Positions 1-9,632 of a DNA stretch of 64,000 bases are shown here, piece by piece (within the stretch, counting starts at the first letter, position 1; every line of letters starts with the position of its first letter). The notes beneath the pieces were generated by a model. That model saw only the letters and a list, made by a program, of their open reading frames with translations. It was not told the origin of the DNA and searched no databases. The position numbers and the translations under genes are program-made. Origin of the DNA: an uncultured Verrucomicrobiae bacterium. GTDB lineage: Bacteria; Verrucomicrobiota; Verrucomicrobiia; Chthoniobacterales; Terrimicrobiaceae. The stretch is taken from positions 96,001 to 160,000 of the forward strand of contig CAVPOC010000006.1 in assembly GCA_963706955.1 (NCBI GenBank), in the 5' to 3' direction.

Positions 1-1341
1 CTCGACACGCCGGGGCATGCTGCGTTTACCGCTATGCGAGCCCGCGGCGCTAACGTCACCGATATTGTCGTGCTCGTGGTGGCCGCTGACGACGGCTTGA
101 TGCCGCAAACGATTGAGGCCATCAACCATGCCAAAGCCGCGAAAGTTCAATTGATGATCGCGATCAACAAGATCGATCTGCCAACCGCGAATATCGATAA
201 GGTTAAGACGCAACTCCAGGAGAGGGGTCTTACGCCGGAGGATTGGGGAGGCGAGATCATTTGCTGTCCCGTGAGCGCCACCAAGGGGACCGGCATTGAC
301 AGTCTTCTCGAGATGATCAGCCTGCAATCTGAGGTGCTCGAGCTGAAATCGGATCCGCGGGCGACACCTCGGTGCACGGTGATTGAAGCCCAACTCGAAC
401 AGGGTCGAGGACCCACCGCGACCGTCATTGTGCGCATGGGCACGTTGCGGGTGGGCGATGCCTTCATCTGCGGTAATTACTGGGGAAAGGTCAAACAGCT
501 TATCAGCGACACCGGAAAGCCGATTAAGGAGGCGGGCCCGGCGACGCCTGTAAAGGTGCTCGGCTTCAGCGGCCTGCCGAATGCGGGAGATGAATTTGTG
601 GTCATGGAAAGCGAGCGTGCGGCGCGAATCCTGAGCGAAGAGAGGCTCTTCGACATTCGCAATAGCAAGCTCGCGGCGCCGCAGCGCGCTACCCTCGAGA
701 ATCTCTTTGCCAATATCGCCGAAGGGCAAAAACCGACCTTGCAAATCGTCCTCAAGGGCGACGTGCAGGGCTCAGTGGAAGCGCTCGTCGGAGCGCTCAA
801 GGAAATTCCCCAGAGCAAGATTACGCTCGATATCATCCATTCGGCGGTCGGGCCGATCACCGAGTCCGATGTTCTCTTGGCGAGCGCCTCAAATGCGGTC
901 ATCATTGGATTCAGCGTCAAGGTGGAGAACAACGCCTCCACCGTCGCAAAGAGAGAGGGCGTTCAGATCAAGCTCTACAGCATCATCTACGAATTGATCG
1001 ACCAGGTGAAGGAAGCAATGGCGGGAATGCTCGAGCCCGAGCTGCGCGAGACGGTCATCGGTCACGCTGAAGTGCGTCAGGTATTCGATCTTTCCAAGGG
1101 CAAGGTGGCGGGGTGCTACGTCAACGATGGTCGGATCAGTCGAAGCGCGCGTGCTCGGGTGCTTCGGAAACGGCAGCCGATTTATGACGGCGGCATTGGG
1201 ACGCTCAGACGTTTCCAAGATGACGTCAAAGAGGTCCGCGCCGGTCTGGAGTGTGGCATCAAGCTGGGTGATTTTTCGGAGTATTTGCCTGACGATATCA
1301 TCGAGTGCTACACGCTTGAGAAGGTCCCGCAGCAGCTTTGA
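1..1341 (+). CDS. infB: Translation initiation factor IF-2 (5' part outside the window)
   Basis: Frame is open from base 1: [58 protein letters not shown] and ECGI motifs. Confidence 0.98.
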   Translation, partial: LDTPGHAAFTAMRARGANVTDIVVLVVAADDGLMPQTIEAINHAKAAKVQLMIAINKIDLPTANIDKVKTQLQERGLTPEDWGGEIICCPVSATKGTGIDSLLEMISLQSEVLELKSDPRATPRCTVIEAQLEQGRGPTATVIVRMGTLRVGDAFICGNYWGKVKQLISDTGKPIKEAGPATPVKVLGFSGLPNAGDEFVVMESERAARILSEERLFDIRNSKLAAPQRATLENLFANIAEGQKPTLQIVLKGDVQGSVEALVGALKEIPQSKITLDIIHSAVGPITESDVLLASASNAVIIGFSVKVENNASTVAKREGVQIKLYSIIYELIDQVKEAMAGMLEPELRETVIGHAEVRQVFDLSKGKVAGCYVNDGRISRSARARVLRKRQPIYDGGIGTLRRFQDDVKEVRAGLECGIKLGDFSEYLPDDIIECYTLEKVPQQL

Positions 1342-1363
1342 AATACAACCGCGACGCCCGCGC

Positions 1364-3307
1364 GTGATTTGTCTGGCCCCCCGCTACTCCATTCTTGGGA
1401 TTGCATTTGCCAGCCTCTTGCTTGCGACCCTCGCTTCGAGCCAGGAGAGCGCGCCTCTCCTCGAAAACAGCGGGTTCGTCGAAAACCCGAAACCTACCTG
1501 GGAGACCCAGCGAAAAGCACGAACCTTCGTTCTTGGGATCCCTGCTCCTCGTGGGCAAATCACCGACCGATTCGGAAAGCCCCTGGCCCAAACCCGGCTG
1601 AGCTACAACCTGGCGATTAGCTTTCCCGCGCCGCTCGATTGGCCTGACAGCAAGATTCTCACCTTCGCCAAGCAACAGATTACGCTCGCGAGCGGACTCT
1701 TAAAGCGAGTAGTCCCCATCTCGGACGAGGTAGTTCTCAATCACTATAAGAATCGCGGAGTGCTGCCACTCGACATTGTTGAGGATCTCAGTCCTCAGGA
1801 ACTTGGAGTCGTTCAGCGAGGTGTCACTCCGAACCTAGTTCTGCGGCAGACCTACGTGCGCTTCTATCCAAACGGTCCACTCGCTGGCCATATCGTCGGT
1901 TATACCGGCCGTGAAGCGCCACTCTCGGTGCGACCAATCGAGAACAACGATCTCCTCTTCTCTGATAGCGAGGGCCGGGAAGGTCTCGAGCAGATTTTCG
2001 ACAACGAACTTCGCGGACAAGTCGGTCAACTCCATGTCACTTATGACGCTGGCGGCAATAAGACTTCGGAGCGAATCGCCCGCCCGCCCGTTCCGGGCTA
2101 CAATGTCATTACCACTCTCGACGAAGATCTTCAGCGCATCTGTGAAAACGTGTTGGCGAAGAATTGTAAAAGAGGCGCCTTCGTCATCATGGATCCTAAT
2201 AGCGGCGAGATCCTGGCAATGGCCTCGCAACCAGGCTTCAATCCCAATGAGTTCGTGCCGGTCGTAAAGAAAGAGGTGTTCGATAAATACAGCAATGACG
2301 AGGCTGCGCCGCTCATCCCGCGAGCCTATCGCTCGGCCTACCCGCCTGGCTCAACCTTCAAGGTTGTCGTGGGCTTCGCTGCTCTCGAAAGTGGAAAGGT
2401 CACTCCCGACAACCGCTTCGATTGCCCGACGGCGATCACCATCGGCGATCATACCTTCAAGAACTGGAAGAAAAGCGGGGCGGGGAGCCTCAATTTCGTC
2501 CAGGCGCTTACCCAATCTTGCAACACTTGGTTCTACCAGGTCGCTCTGAAAATTGGAGCTGATCCGATCATCGAATACGCTCATCGTCTTGGCCTCGGAA
2601 AACGGACCGGAATTCCCATCTATGCCGAGAGCGAGGGAAACATTCCTACCGACGAGTATATGATGCGCGTCCACAAACGCGCCATCAAGCGAGGCGACGT
2701 TGCCAACATGGCCATCGGTCAGGGGGACATCTTGATTACGCCTTTGCAGATGACGCAGGCCTTGAGCGTGATTGCTTCCACAGGAAAGTTTCATCAAACG
2801 CGCCTGGTGAAGCAGGTGCAGAGCCTGGACAACAAAGTGGTCGCCGCGTATCCGGATCGCCTCCGAGAGAGCATTCCGGTCTCGACACAGAACGACAAGG
2901 CTCTACGGCGTGCGCTGCAAAACGTCGTCTACGACGGACAGGGGACCGCTCATTCCGCTCAGGTCAAGGGCGTTCGGGTTGCCGGCAAGACGGGCACGGC
3001 TCAATGGGGTCCGGAGGCCAAACAGCGCACCGCCGCATGGTTCGCCGGCTTTGTCCCAGCCGAGAATCCGGAGTACGCCTTTGCCGCTCTCTACGAGGGT
3101 GAACCGAATGATGATTCCGTGCATGGGGGCTCGCATGCAGCTCCTCTGGCGAGAAAAGTATTCCGTGAGGTCTACAAGCTGAAAAAGACGCGCGATAGCA
3201 CAGCTGCGGAGACCCCCGCGCCAGCCGAGGAGAAGGAAGAGAAGGAAGAGAAGCAAGAGAAGGAGGAAGAGGAAGCCCCGCCTCCTGCTCAGGATCAGTC
3301 AAACTAG
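1364..3307 (+). CDS. mrdA: Penicillin-binding protein 2 (class B transpeptidase)
   Basis: N-terminal TM, APRGQITDR, PGSTFK (SxxK), SCN (SxN), KTGTAQ. Probable GTG start at 1364 just after infB. Acidic low-complexity tail. Confidence 0.9.
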   Translation: MICLAPRYSILGIAFASLLLATLASSQESAPLLENSGFVENPKPTWETQRKARTFVLGIPAPRGQITDRFGKPLAQTRLSYNLAISFPAPLDWPDSKILTFAKQQITLASGLLKRVVPISDEVVLNHYKNRGVLPLDIVEDLSPQELGVVQRGVTPNLVLRQTYVRFYPNGPLAGHIVGYTGREAPLSVRPIENNDLLFSDSEGREGLEQIFDNELRGQVGQLHVTYDAGGNKTSERIARPPVPGYNVITTLDEDLQRICENVLAKNCKRGAFVIMDPNSGEILAMASQPGFNPNEFVPVVKKEVFDKYSNDEAAPLIPRAYRSAYPPGSTFKVVVGFAALESGKVTPDNRFDCPTAITIGDHTFKNWKKSGAGSLNFVQALTQSCNTWFYQVALKIGADPIIEYAHRLGLGKRTGIPIYAESEGNIPTDEYMMRVHKRAIKRGDVANMAIGQGDILITPLQMTQALSVIASTGKFHQTRLVKQVQSLDNKVVAAYPDRLRESIPVSTQNDKALRRALQNVVYDGQGTAHSAQVKGVRVAGKTGTAQWGPEAKQRTAAWFAGFVPAENPEYAFAALYEGEPNDDSVHGGSHAAPLARKVFREVYKLKKTRDSTAAETPAPAEEKEEKEEKQEKEEEEAPPPAQDQSN

Positions 3308-3474
3308 AGCGCTCTCGCGCCGTCTCCCGTCAGGGCGCGCCTAGGTAGGCCACCGCCGGAAAGCCTGCCGGACGGTGAAGGCACTGTCGCTACAACGGCC
3401 ATCGACCATGCAACATCGCCGCCCGAGAGCGCGCTCATCTCGGCTCCGGGGGGTAGTTGCGACTTTTCAAAATT

Positions 3475-3828
3475 CTACGCGAAATAGGTATCTTCATGCG
3501 AGTACGCCGGCGCGCAGCAGCAAAGAAAGCGCAGACGTTTGAAGGCGGTGATTTGGTGCCACGCACCTGGCGGGATGAGGATCGCATCACCGGCCAGGAC
3601 CGAACGGGCCTCACCATCAATCTCCATCGTGCCTTCGCCTTCGAGAAGGAAATAAAACTCCTCGCTTAGAATATGGTAATGCCGTTCGGTTGAGCTACCG
3701 GCTGCAACACTGGCTTCGGCGAGGCTTTGATTACGTACCGGCGCATTTGTGCTGTCCAGGATGCTGCGAATCCGGGAACCATCCTTGGTCGTAAAGGGTT
3801 TTTGACTGGATACGTTCAGGACAATCAT
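3475..3828 (-). CDS. Cupin-domain protein
   Basis: HYH...EEFYFLLEGEG and GDAILIPPGAWHQI cupin motifs. Confidence 0.85.
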   Translation of the reverse strand: MIVLNVSSQKPFTTKDGSRIRSILDSTNAPVRNQSLAEASVAAGSSTERHYHILSEEFYFLLEGEGTMEIDGEARSVLAGDAILIPPGAWHQITAFKRLRFLCCCAPAYSHEDTYFA

Positions 3829-3843
3829 CGAGAGTTCGCGCCT

Positions 3844-4656
3844 ATGAAGTTTTACGAAGGTTGCACCGCCTTAATTACCGGAGCTTCGTCCGGATTGGGA
3901 GCGGAATTTGCCCGGCAACTCGCACCCGATGTTCACGCGCTCGTCTTGGTGGCTCGGCGCTTGGAGAGATTGGACGGATTGAAAAGAGAACTCGAGAGCG
4001 CCCATAAGAACTTGACGATCTACATTTACGGTGCCGATCTCGGTATCGAGGATCAGCGTGTCGCCTTCGTCGAGTGGCTCGCTTCGCAAAACCTTAAGGT
4101 CCACTTCCTCATCAACAACGCGGGCTTGGGCGACCAAGGGACATTTGATTCAAGTGATTGGAATAGAATTAGGGCGATGCTCGAGGTGAATATCTCCGCT
4201 CTTACTCACCTCACTCATCTGCTCCTCCCGTCGATGACCTTGAGCGGTCGGGCGGCGATCCTCAATGTCAGCTCGGTGGCTGGCTTTCTTCCCTTGCCGA
4301 GTATCGCCGTTTACGCTGCCACCAAGGCGTATGTCACAAGCTTGTCGGAGGCACTGGCGATCGAACTGCGTCCGAAGGGGATAACCGTCACGGCATTGTG
4401 TCCAGGTCCGGTCGCCACAGAATTTCATTCTGTGGCGCGGCGCCCCGGCGTCGGGACCCCCGAATCCCACGTCGATTCGATGCCGGCCTTCGTGGTCACG
4501 CCGGAGGAGGCGGTGCGGGCGGCCCTGGTGGCAGTTTCTCGCGGCCGCGCGCGTGTGGTGCCGGGGCTCCTCCTCTGCATTGCGATGGGACTGACGGCAG
4601 TCGTGCCTTTCTTCATTACCCGAGAAGTGCTCAGGGCTTTGCGGAAGAAGCTCTGA
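3844..4656 (+). CDS. Short-chain dehydrogenase/reductase
   Basis: TGASSGLG, NNAG, NVSS and YAATK motifs; ATG at 3844. Confidence 0.93.
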   Translation: MKFYEGCTALITGASSGLGAEFARQLAPDVHALVLVARRLERLDGLKRELESAHKNLTIYIYGADLGIEDQRVAFVEWLASQNLKVHFLINNAGLGDQGTFDSSDWNRIRAMLEVNISALTHLTHLLLPSMTLSGRAAILNVSSVAGFLPLPSIAVYAATKAYVTSLSEALAIELRPKGITVTALCPGPVATEFHSVARRPGVGTPESHVDSMPAFVVTPEEAVRAALVAVSRGRARVVPGLLLCIAMGLTAVVPFFITREVLRALRKKL

Positions 4657-4734
4657 ATCCCTGTGGATCATGAATCAGCCATTGACAAGATTGCTGTCGC
4701 TCAAAATGCTTCTGTTGTGAATAAACTCACAAAA

Positions 4735-5736
4735 ATGTCCGGCGTTCGACGGGAAAGTGCGGCGTTCGCTCAGACGCTCGAGCTCATCAATCCGCATCTC
4801 TATTCGGTTGAAGCGAGAATTCGAGAACAGGCGCGCGCATTTGACCCGGCGGTCGAGGGCTATGTGGCGTATCTCTGCGAAAAGGGTGGTAAACGGTTGC
4901 GGCCGGTTCTCGCCCTCTTGGCGGGCGGGGCTTCCGGGCACATTACCTCCGGACACGTCGATCTCGCGGTGATCGTTGAGATGGTTCACATCGCGACTCT
5001 TGTTCATGATGATATTATGGATGGGGCGGAGTTACGGCGTGATCAGCCGACCGCCAATGCCAAATGGGGCAACTCTATCAGTGTTCTGTTGGGAGACTGC
5101 CTCTTCGCTCATGCCTTGCGACTGGCGACAGGTTTCAGCAACAATGCGATCTGCCGGCGCATAGCGGATGCCGCCTCGGACGTTTGCTCGGGCGAGATCA
5201 TTCAAACTCAGCGGCGCTATGATCTCAAACTGAGCACGGCAGACTACTACCGGATCATCGAGATGAAGACAGCCGCGCTCTTTGGTGTCGCCTCCGAGCT
5301 GGGGGCCTTCATCAGCGAAGCCAATCCAGGCGTCATCGGGGCCCTGAAGAATTTCGGTTTGAAGGTTGGCACCGCCTACCAGATCTATGACGATTGCCTG
5401 GATCTGACCGGAAGCGAAGAGGAGACCGGAAAGACGCTTGGCACCGATATCCGCAAAGGAAAGTTTACCCTTCCGGTCCTTCTCACGCTGCAAAATCGAC
5501 AGGGTCTCGACTTAAGTAGACTGCATGACCTGTTGCTACGCGAGGAAGATGTGGATGAGGAACTTCTCGGCGATCTTTTACGCCGAGCGGGTTCGATTGC
5601 CGCCGCAGCTCAGGTCGCTAAGCGGATGCTCCATGAGGCGCGCCAGTCACTTGATGCTGTTCCAGTGAACCGCTACGTGAACGGCCTTCAGGCGATCACC
5701 GATCATCTAATCGGTTTGGTCGATCGGTTGCGCTAG
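4735..5736 (+). CDS. Polyprenyl diphosphate synthase (IspB/HepT-like)
   Basis: GGKRLRP, LVHDDIMD..RR, KT and QIYDDCLD motifs. Start at 4735 or 4663. Confidence 0.92.
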   Translation: MSGVRRESAAFAQTLELINPHLYSVEARIREQARAFDPAVEGYVAYLCEKGGKRLRPVLALLAGGASGHITSGHVDLAVIVEMVHIATLVHDDIMDGAELRRDQPTANAKWGNSISVLLGDCLFAHALRLATGFSNNAICRRIADAASDVCSGEIIQTQRRYDLKLSTADYYRIIEMKTAALFGVASELGAFISEANPGVIGALKNFGLKVGTAYQIYDDCLDLTGSEEETGKTLGTDIRKGKFTLPVLLTLQNRQGLDLSRLHDLLLREEDVDEELLGDLLRRAGSIAAAAQVAKRMLHEARQSLDAVPVNRYVNGLQAITDHLIGLVDRLR

Positions 5737-5785
5737 GGTGAGGCGCGCTTTGAGTCAAGCAGCGCCGCACCAGGAACGCTCTCCC

Positions 5786-6475
5786 ATGCGCATCCGGGAA
5801 ATCCCTCCAAGCGACCGTCCCCGGGAAAAGCTGGCTGCCCATGGAGCCGCCTGCCTCACAGATGCCGAATTGTTAGCGATCTTTCTTCGCACCGGCGTGA
5901 AGGGCAAGAGCGCCATCACGCTCGCCAGCGAGCTGTTGCGGAAAAAGGGATCGTTACGTGCGCTGTCGCGATCATCGGCGGGCGAACTTGCTAAAGCGGC
6001 GCCGGGGATAGGCCCGGCAAAGGCGGCCGAGCTCGCCGCCGCTTTCGAACTCGGCAAGCGCCTGGCCAGGGGAGGGGCCGAGCGACCGGTGCTGGACAGT
6101 GCCGCAGTTATTTACGAGACCTTTGGCGCCGAGCTTCAGGCTCGTGATCGCGAAGTGCTTCGCGTCCTGTTGCTGGACACGAAATTGCGGCTGCTGGCCA
6201 GCGAGGACGTTGCCCTCGGCTCGCTGAACGAATGTATCGCGCACCCTCGTGAAATTTTCCGGCCCGCCATTATGCACTCTGCCTACGCGGCGATTCTTGT
6301 CCACAACCATCCTTCCGGCGATCCTGCCCCGAGCCAGGCCGACAATCGCCTGACGAGGCAGTTGGGTGACGCAGCGAAGCTTCTCCAGATCAATTTTCTT
6401 GATCATATCATCATCGGTCTGCCGGACGGCGGGAGAGTGCCCTACTTCAGCTTTCGCGAAGCAGGCGTGTTATGA
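5786..6475 (+). CDS. radC: RadC family JAB-domain protein
   Basis: RPREKL, GIGPAKA, HPREIF, HNHPSGDP.PS.AD and LDHIII motifs. Confidence 0.93.
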   Translation: MRIREIPPSDRPREKLAAHGAACLTDAELLAIFLRTGVKGKSAITLASELLRKKGSLRALSRSSAGELAKAAPGIGPAKAAELAAAFELGKRLARGGAERPVLDSAAVIYETFGAELQARDREVLRVLLLDTKLRLLASEDVALGSLNECIAHPREIFRPAIMHSAYAAILVHNHPSGDPAPSQADNRLTRQLGDAAKLLQINFLDHIIIGLPDGGRVPYFSFREAGVL

Positions 6476-7275
6476 AGATTCATCCCACCGCCATCGTGGA
6501 CCGCGAAGCGGAATTGTCCGAAGACGTCGAGATCGGCCCGAACGCAATAGTCGGAAAAGGCGTCAGGCTGGGCGCGGGATGCGTCGTTCAGGCCAACGCA
6601 ATTCTGGAAGGCTCGACCATTTTCGGCGCGCAAAACTTCATCGGCTACGGCGCTGTTATCGGGGCGACGCCCCAGGACTTCGCCTTCCGCAAGACGGTGT
6701 CCAGTCAAGTCCGTATCGGAGACGGCAACACGTTTCGGGAATACGTGACGATCCATCGTGGAACGAAGGAGAGCTCCGCCACCGTGGTCGGCAACAATTG
6801 CTATCTAATGGTCGGCACTCATCTTGGACATAATGTCCGACTAGGTGATAACGTGGTCATTGCCAACAACTGCTTGCTCGCAGGTTATGTGGAAGTCGGT
6901 GACAGCGCCGTGCTGGGTGGGGGGACCGTATTTCATCAGTTTCTGCGCATTGGACCGCTCGCGATGGTGCGCGGAGGGACCCGCTTCGGTAAGGATATTC
7001 CCCCATACGTTTCCGCCGACGGCGAGAACTTGCTCTCAGGAGTCAACGCCATCGGATTGCGCCGGGCCGGCTTGCAAGCAGATACCCGCGTGCAAATCAA
7101 ACGAGCCTTTAAGCTCGTCTATTGGAGTGGAATCAATATCTCCCAGGCACTCGAACGCTCCAAATCCATGAGTTGGAGCGCGGAGGCGCAAGTTTTTTTC
7201 GACTTTATCGCCAGCTCGAAACGTGGCGTCTGCGCTGCCAATCGTGTGCCCGAAGTTGAAGATACTCAAGGTTAG
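6472..7275 (+). CDS. lpxA: UDP-N-acetylglucosamine O-acyltransferase
   Basis: IHPTAIV, hexapeptide repeats, PQD, REYVTIHRGT, HQF, N.IGLRR. Confidence 0.93.
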   Translation: MKIHPTAIVDREAELSEDVEIGPNAIVGKGVRLGAGCVVQANAILEGSTIFGAQNFIGYGAVIGATPQDFAFRKTVSSQVRIGDGNTFREYVTIHRGTKESSATVVGNNCYLMVGTHLGHNVRLGDNVVIANNCLLAGYVEVGDSAVLGGGTVFHQFLRIGPLAMVRGGTRFGKDIPPYVSADGENLLSGVNAIGLRRAGLQADTRVQIKRAFKLVYWSGINISQALERSKSMSWSAEAQVFFDFIASSKRGVCAANRVPEVEDTQG

Positions 7276-7413
7276 ACGGAAGTCCATCCCGGCGAGCGAT
7301 ATGCGATGCCTTGTTACTTCTTCCACTGATTCAGTAACGTAGCCCTAATTGCTCGTTCTGGCAGCATCCGCGGAGGCGGAGGCCGTGATGGCGCGTCCGC
7401 CGGGGGATGAAAG

Positions 7414-7474
7414 TTGCAGGGCCGGTGTCCCCACCGGCGAGGATCTCCCGGCGGCGGGGACGCCGCCGCTACAA
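7414..7474. repeat. REP-like inverted doublet (GTAG type)
   Basis: TTGCAGGGCCGGTGTCCCCACCGGCGA...CGGCGGCGGGGACGCCGCCGCTACAA: two head-to-head palindromes with TTG(T/C)AG and CTACAA ends. Confidence 0.65.
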
Positions 7475-7498
7475 TTTTTTCTGAAAAGTCCGATATCT

Positions 7499-7512
7499 TT
7501 GACCCAGGTCAA
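7499..7512 (+). promoter_or_regulatory. Crp/Fnr-family binding site upstream of hmp
   Basis: Palindrome TTGAC-CCAG-GTCAA. A -10-like TAGTCT at 7534-7539 gives class II spacing; RBS AAGGAGG precedes ATG 7575. Confidence 0.8.
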
Positions 7513-7574
7513 GGAGGACCCCGCGCGATTCGCTAGTCTAGAAGTCGAATCGTCACCGTTAACAAGGAGGCAGT

Positions 7575-8801
7575 ATGTTATCGCAGCGGACTATCGACAT
7601 TGTCAAAGCAACGGCTCCGGTCCTCGAGGAGCATGGGGAGACCCTTACTCAGCACTTTTATAAGCGAATGTTCGCGCATAACCCGGAAGTCGCGCCGTTT
7701 TTTAATCCGGCTCACCAACGGGCAGGTTCGCAGCAGAAGGCTCTCGCCGCGGCCATTTGCGCCTACGCGGCGAATATCGAAAATCTAGAAGTGCTGGGCG
7801 GAGCGGTCGAGTTGATTGCCCAGAAACATTCCTCACTGCGCATCTTGCCGGAGCATTATCCGATTGTTGGCGAAAACCTGCTGGCCTCGATCCGCGAAGT
7901 TCTAGGTCCGGCAGCCACGGAACAGGTGATCACCGCATGGGCCGAGGCTTACGGGTTTCTCGCCGAAATTCTTATCGGCCGCGAAAAGCAGATATATTCC
8001 ACGCATGAGCGCGCCCGCAATGGATGGGTGGGATTCAAGCCGTTCCGGGTGGTTCGAACAGTGCCTGAAAGCGAGATCATCACCTCATTTTATTTGCAGC
8101 CTGCGGATGGCGGCGGGATGCCTGTCTTCAAACCTGGCCAGTACATCACCATCCGCATTCCGGACGATCGCGGGACGACAACGATGCGGAATTACAGTCT
8201 TTCCAATCCACCTGGTGAAGAATTCTTTCGCATCAGCGTGAAACGGGAACCAAGAGGTTTTGTGTCCACTTTTCTGCACCGAAGTGCCAACGAAGGTACC
8301 GAGATCGAAACCGGGCCTCCTTGTGGAGAATTTTTCCTCGATCTTACCGAAAAACACGAGCGCCCGCTGATGCTGCTTTCCGCAGGCGTCGGTATTACCC
8401 CGCTGCTTAGCATGTTGTTGGGCGTGCTCAAGACTCAGCCCGAGCGGGAAGTCTTTTTCGTTCATGGTGCATTGAACGGACGAGTGCACGCCTTCCGGGA
8501 TTTCGTTCGCGAACTCGCCGCCAGCCATCCGAACCTTAAGGTCCACTACCGCTACAACGAAGCGACTGCCGAAGACCGTCAGAAGCGATGGCATGATAGT
8601 GAAGGGCTCATCGACGCGGAATTGCTCGAAGATATGCTGCCCGATCGCGACGCTGACTATTATTTTTGCGGTCCGAAGCCCTTTATGGTCGGGATCTTCC
8701 ACAATCTTCTCAAATGGGGCATTCCGGCCTCCCAGGTTCACTTCGAATTCTTTGGGCCGCGACAAGAGCTCGAAACCGGCGAGTCCGAGCCAGAGGAGTA
8801 A
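7575..8801 (+). CDS. hmp: Flavohemoglobin (NO dioxygenase)
   Basis: Globin domain (FYKRMF, IAQKH, HYPIVG) followed by FAD/NAD domains (PGQY, RNYSLS, GVGITP, CGPKPFM, FEFFGP). Confidence 0.97.
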   Translation: MLSQRTIDIVKATAPVLEEHGETLTQHFYKRMFAHNPEVAPFFNPAHQRAGSQQKALAAAICAYAANIENLEVLGGAVELIAQKHSSLRILPEHYPIVGENLLASIREVLGPAATEQVITAWAEAYGFLAEILIGREKQIYSTHERARNGWVGFKPFRVVRTVPESEIITSFYLQPADGGGMPVFKPGQYITIRIPDDRGTTTMRNYSLSNPPGEEFFRISVKREPRGFVSTFLHRSANEGTEIETGPPCGEFFLDLTEKHERPLMLLSAGVGITPLLSMLLGVLKTQPEREVFFVHGALNGRVHAFRDFVRELAASHPNLKVHYRYNEATAEDRQKRWHDSEGLIDAELLEDMLPDRDADYYFCGPKPFMVGIFHNLLKWGIPASQVHFEFFGPRQELETGESEPEE

Positions 8802-8803
8802 AG

Positions 8804-9541
8804 CTATCTTGCGACTAACTCGACCGCCTCGCCTAAGAGTTGGTGCATCGTCAATTCAGCTCGCTGTGGATCGAGCACGAGGATGCCTTTGGAAGTTGTG
8901 CGAATAAGTTGCTTGTCTCGAAACCTGCGCAGCATGCGCGAGAGCGTCTCGCTGGTAATGTTTAACTCGGCTGCGACGATGCGCTTCGGACTTTCAAGTT
9001 CGATCTCGCAGGGATGACTTGAACGCGGAATTGGACAATGCCTCAAGAGCCAATTAAGGCAGCGCGCTTCGGCGTTCTTTAATGTAAGATCATCCAGAAG
9101 GCCGACGATATTCCGCAAATGCCGGCTCATGGAACCGATCATTCGCAACGCGAGTTCGGGTCGCTTGCGCAACAGCGCCACAAATTCTGCCTTTGGAATC
9201 AGAATGACAGCGCTCGGCGCAAGTGCGCGTGCGCTGGCCGGGTAACCATCATCCGAAGCCAGGGCAGCTTCGGCGAAGGAGTCACCGGGATGAAAGACAT
9301 GAAAAATCTGCGCCTTGCCCGCGGCGTTCACGCGATAGATGCTAATAGCTCCGCGTTGCACAACAAAGAAACCCTCACAGGGTTCTCCTTCGCGAAAAAG
9401 GGTTTCCCCTTTGTCAAGGCTGATGACCCTTGAGAACGAGCTGATCTCGGTGATCTCAGGCGATCGTAATCCTTCAAAGATTTGTGAGCGGAGCAGAGAA
9501 TTCTGAACCACAAGATGATCGAGACGAGAAGTCTTCGCCAT
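8804..9541 (-). CDS. Crp/Fnr family regulator (DNR/NnrR/HcpR-like)
   Basis: cNMP-like domain (LFREGE, GDSFAE) and an HTH with ETLSR recognition helix; lacks the N-terminal FNR Cys cluster. Confidence 0.9.
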   Translation of the reverse strand: MAKTSRLDHLVVQNSLLRSQIFEGLRSPEITEISSFSRVISLDKGETLFREGEPCEGFFVVQRGAISIYRVNAAGKAQIFHVFHPGDSFAEAALASDDGYPASARALAPSAVILIPKAEFVALLRKRPELALRMIGSMSRHLRNIVGLLDDLTLKNAEARCLNWLLRHCPIPRSSHPCEIELESPKRIVAAELNITSETLSRMLRRFRDKQLIRTTSKGILVLDPQRAELTMHQLLGEAVELVAR

Positions 9542-9582
9542 GAGAACAGGCTGAATGAAATTAGAGCAAATGTCACGATTGC

Positions 9583-9596
9583 TTGATTTGGATCAA
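9583..9596 (+). promoter_or_regulatory. Consensus FNR box
   Basis: TTGAT-TTGG-ATCAA, a perfect TTGAT-N4-ATCAA, between the divergent regulator and the operon; -10-like TAAGTT at 9619-9624. Confidence 0.88.
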
Positions 9597-9632
9597 GGCT
9601 CAAAGCTCCAAGATTTGTTAAGTTACGCTGCG

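Noticed and set aside
1127..1363. Extended N-terminus of the 726-aa PBP2 ORF (likewise the extensions of the KamA, queA, thrC-like and NarI-like ORFs)
   Set aside because: These extensions overlap neighbouring genes or regulatory elements; downstream starts fit the protein families better.
3225..3275. GAGAAGGAA-type tandem repeat
   Set aside because: It encodes the acidic low-complexity tail of PBP2; not a CRISPR or mobile repeat.
5786..6475. radC as a marker of a mobile element
   Set aside because: This is the full-length chromosomal type embedded between housekeeping genes, with no mobility genes nearby.
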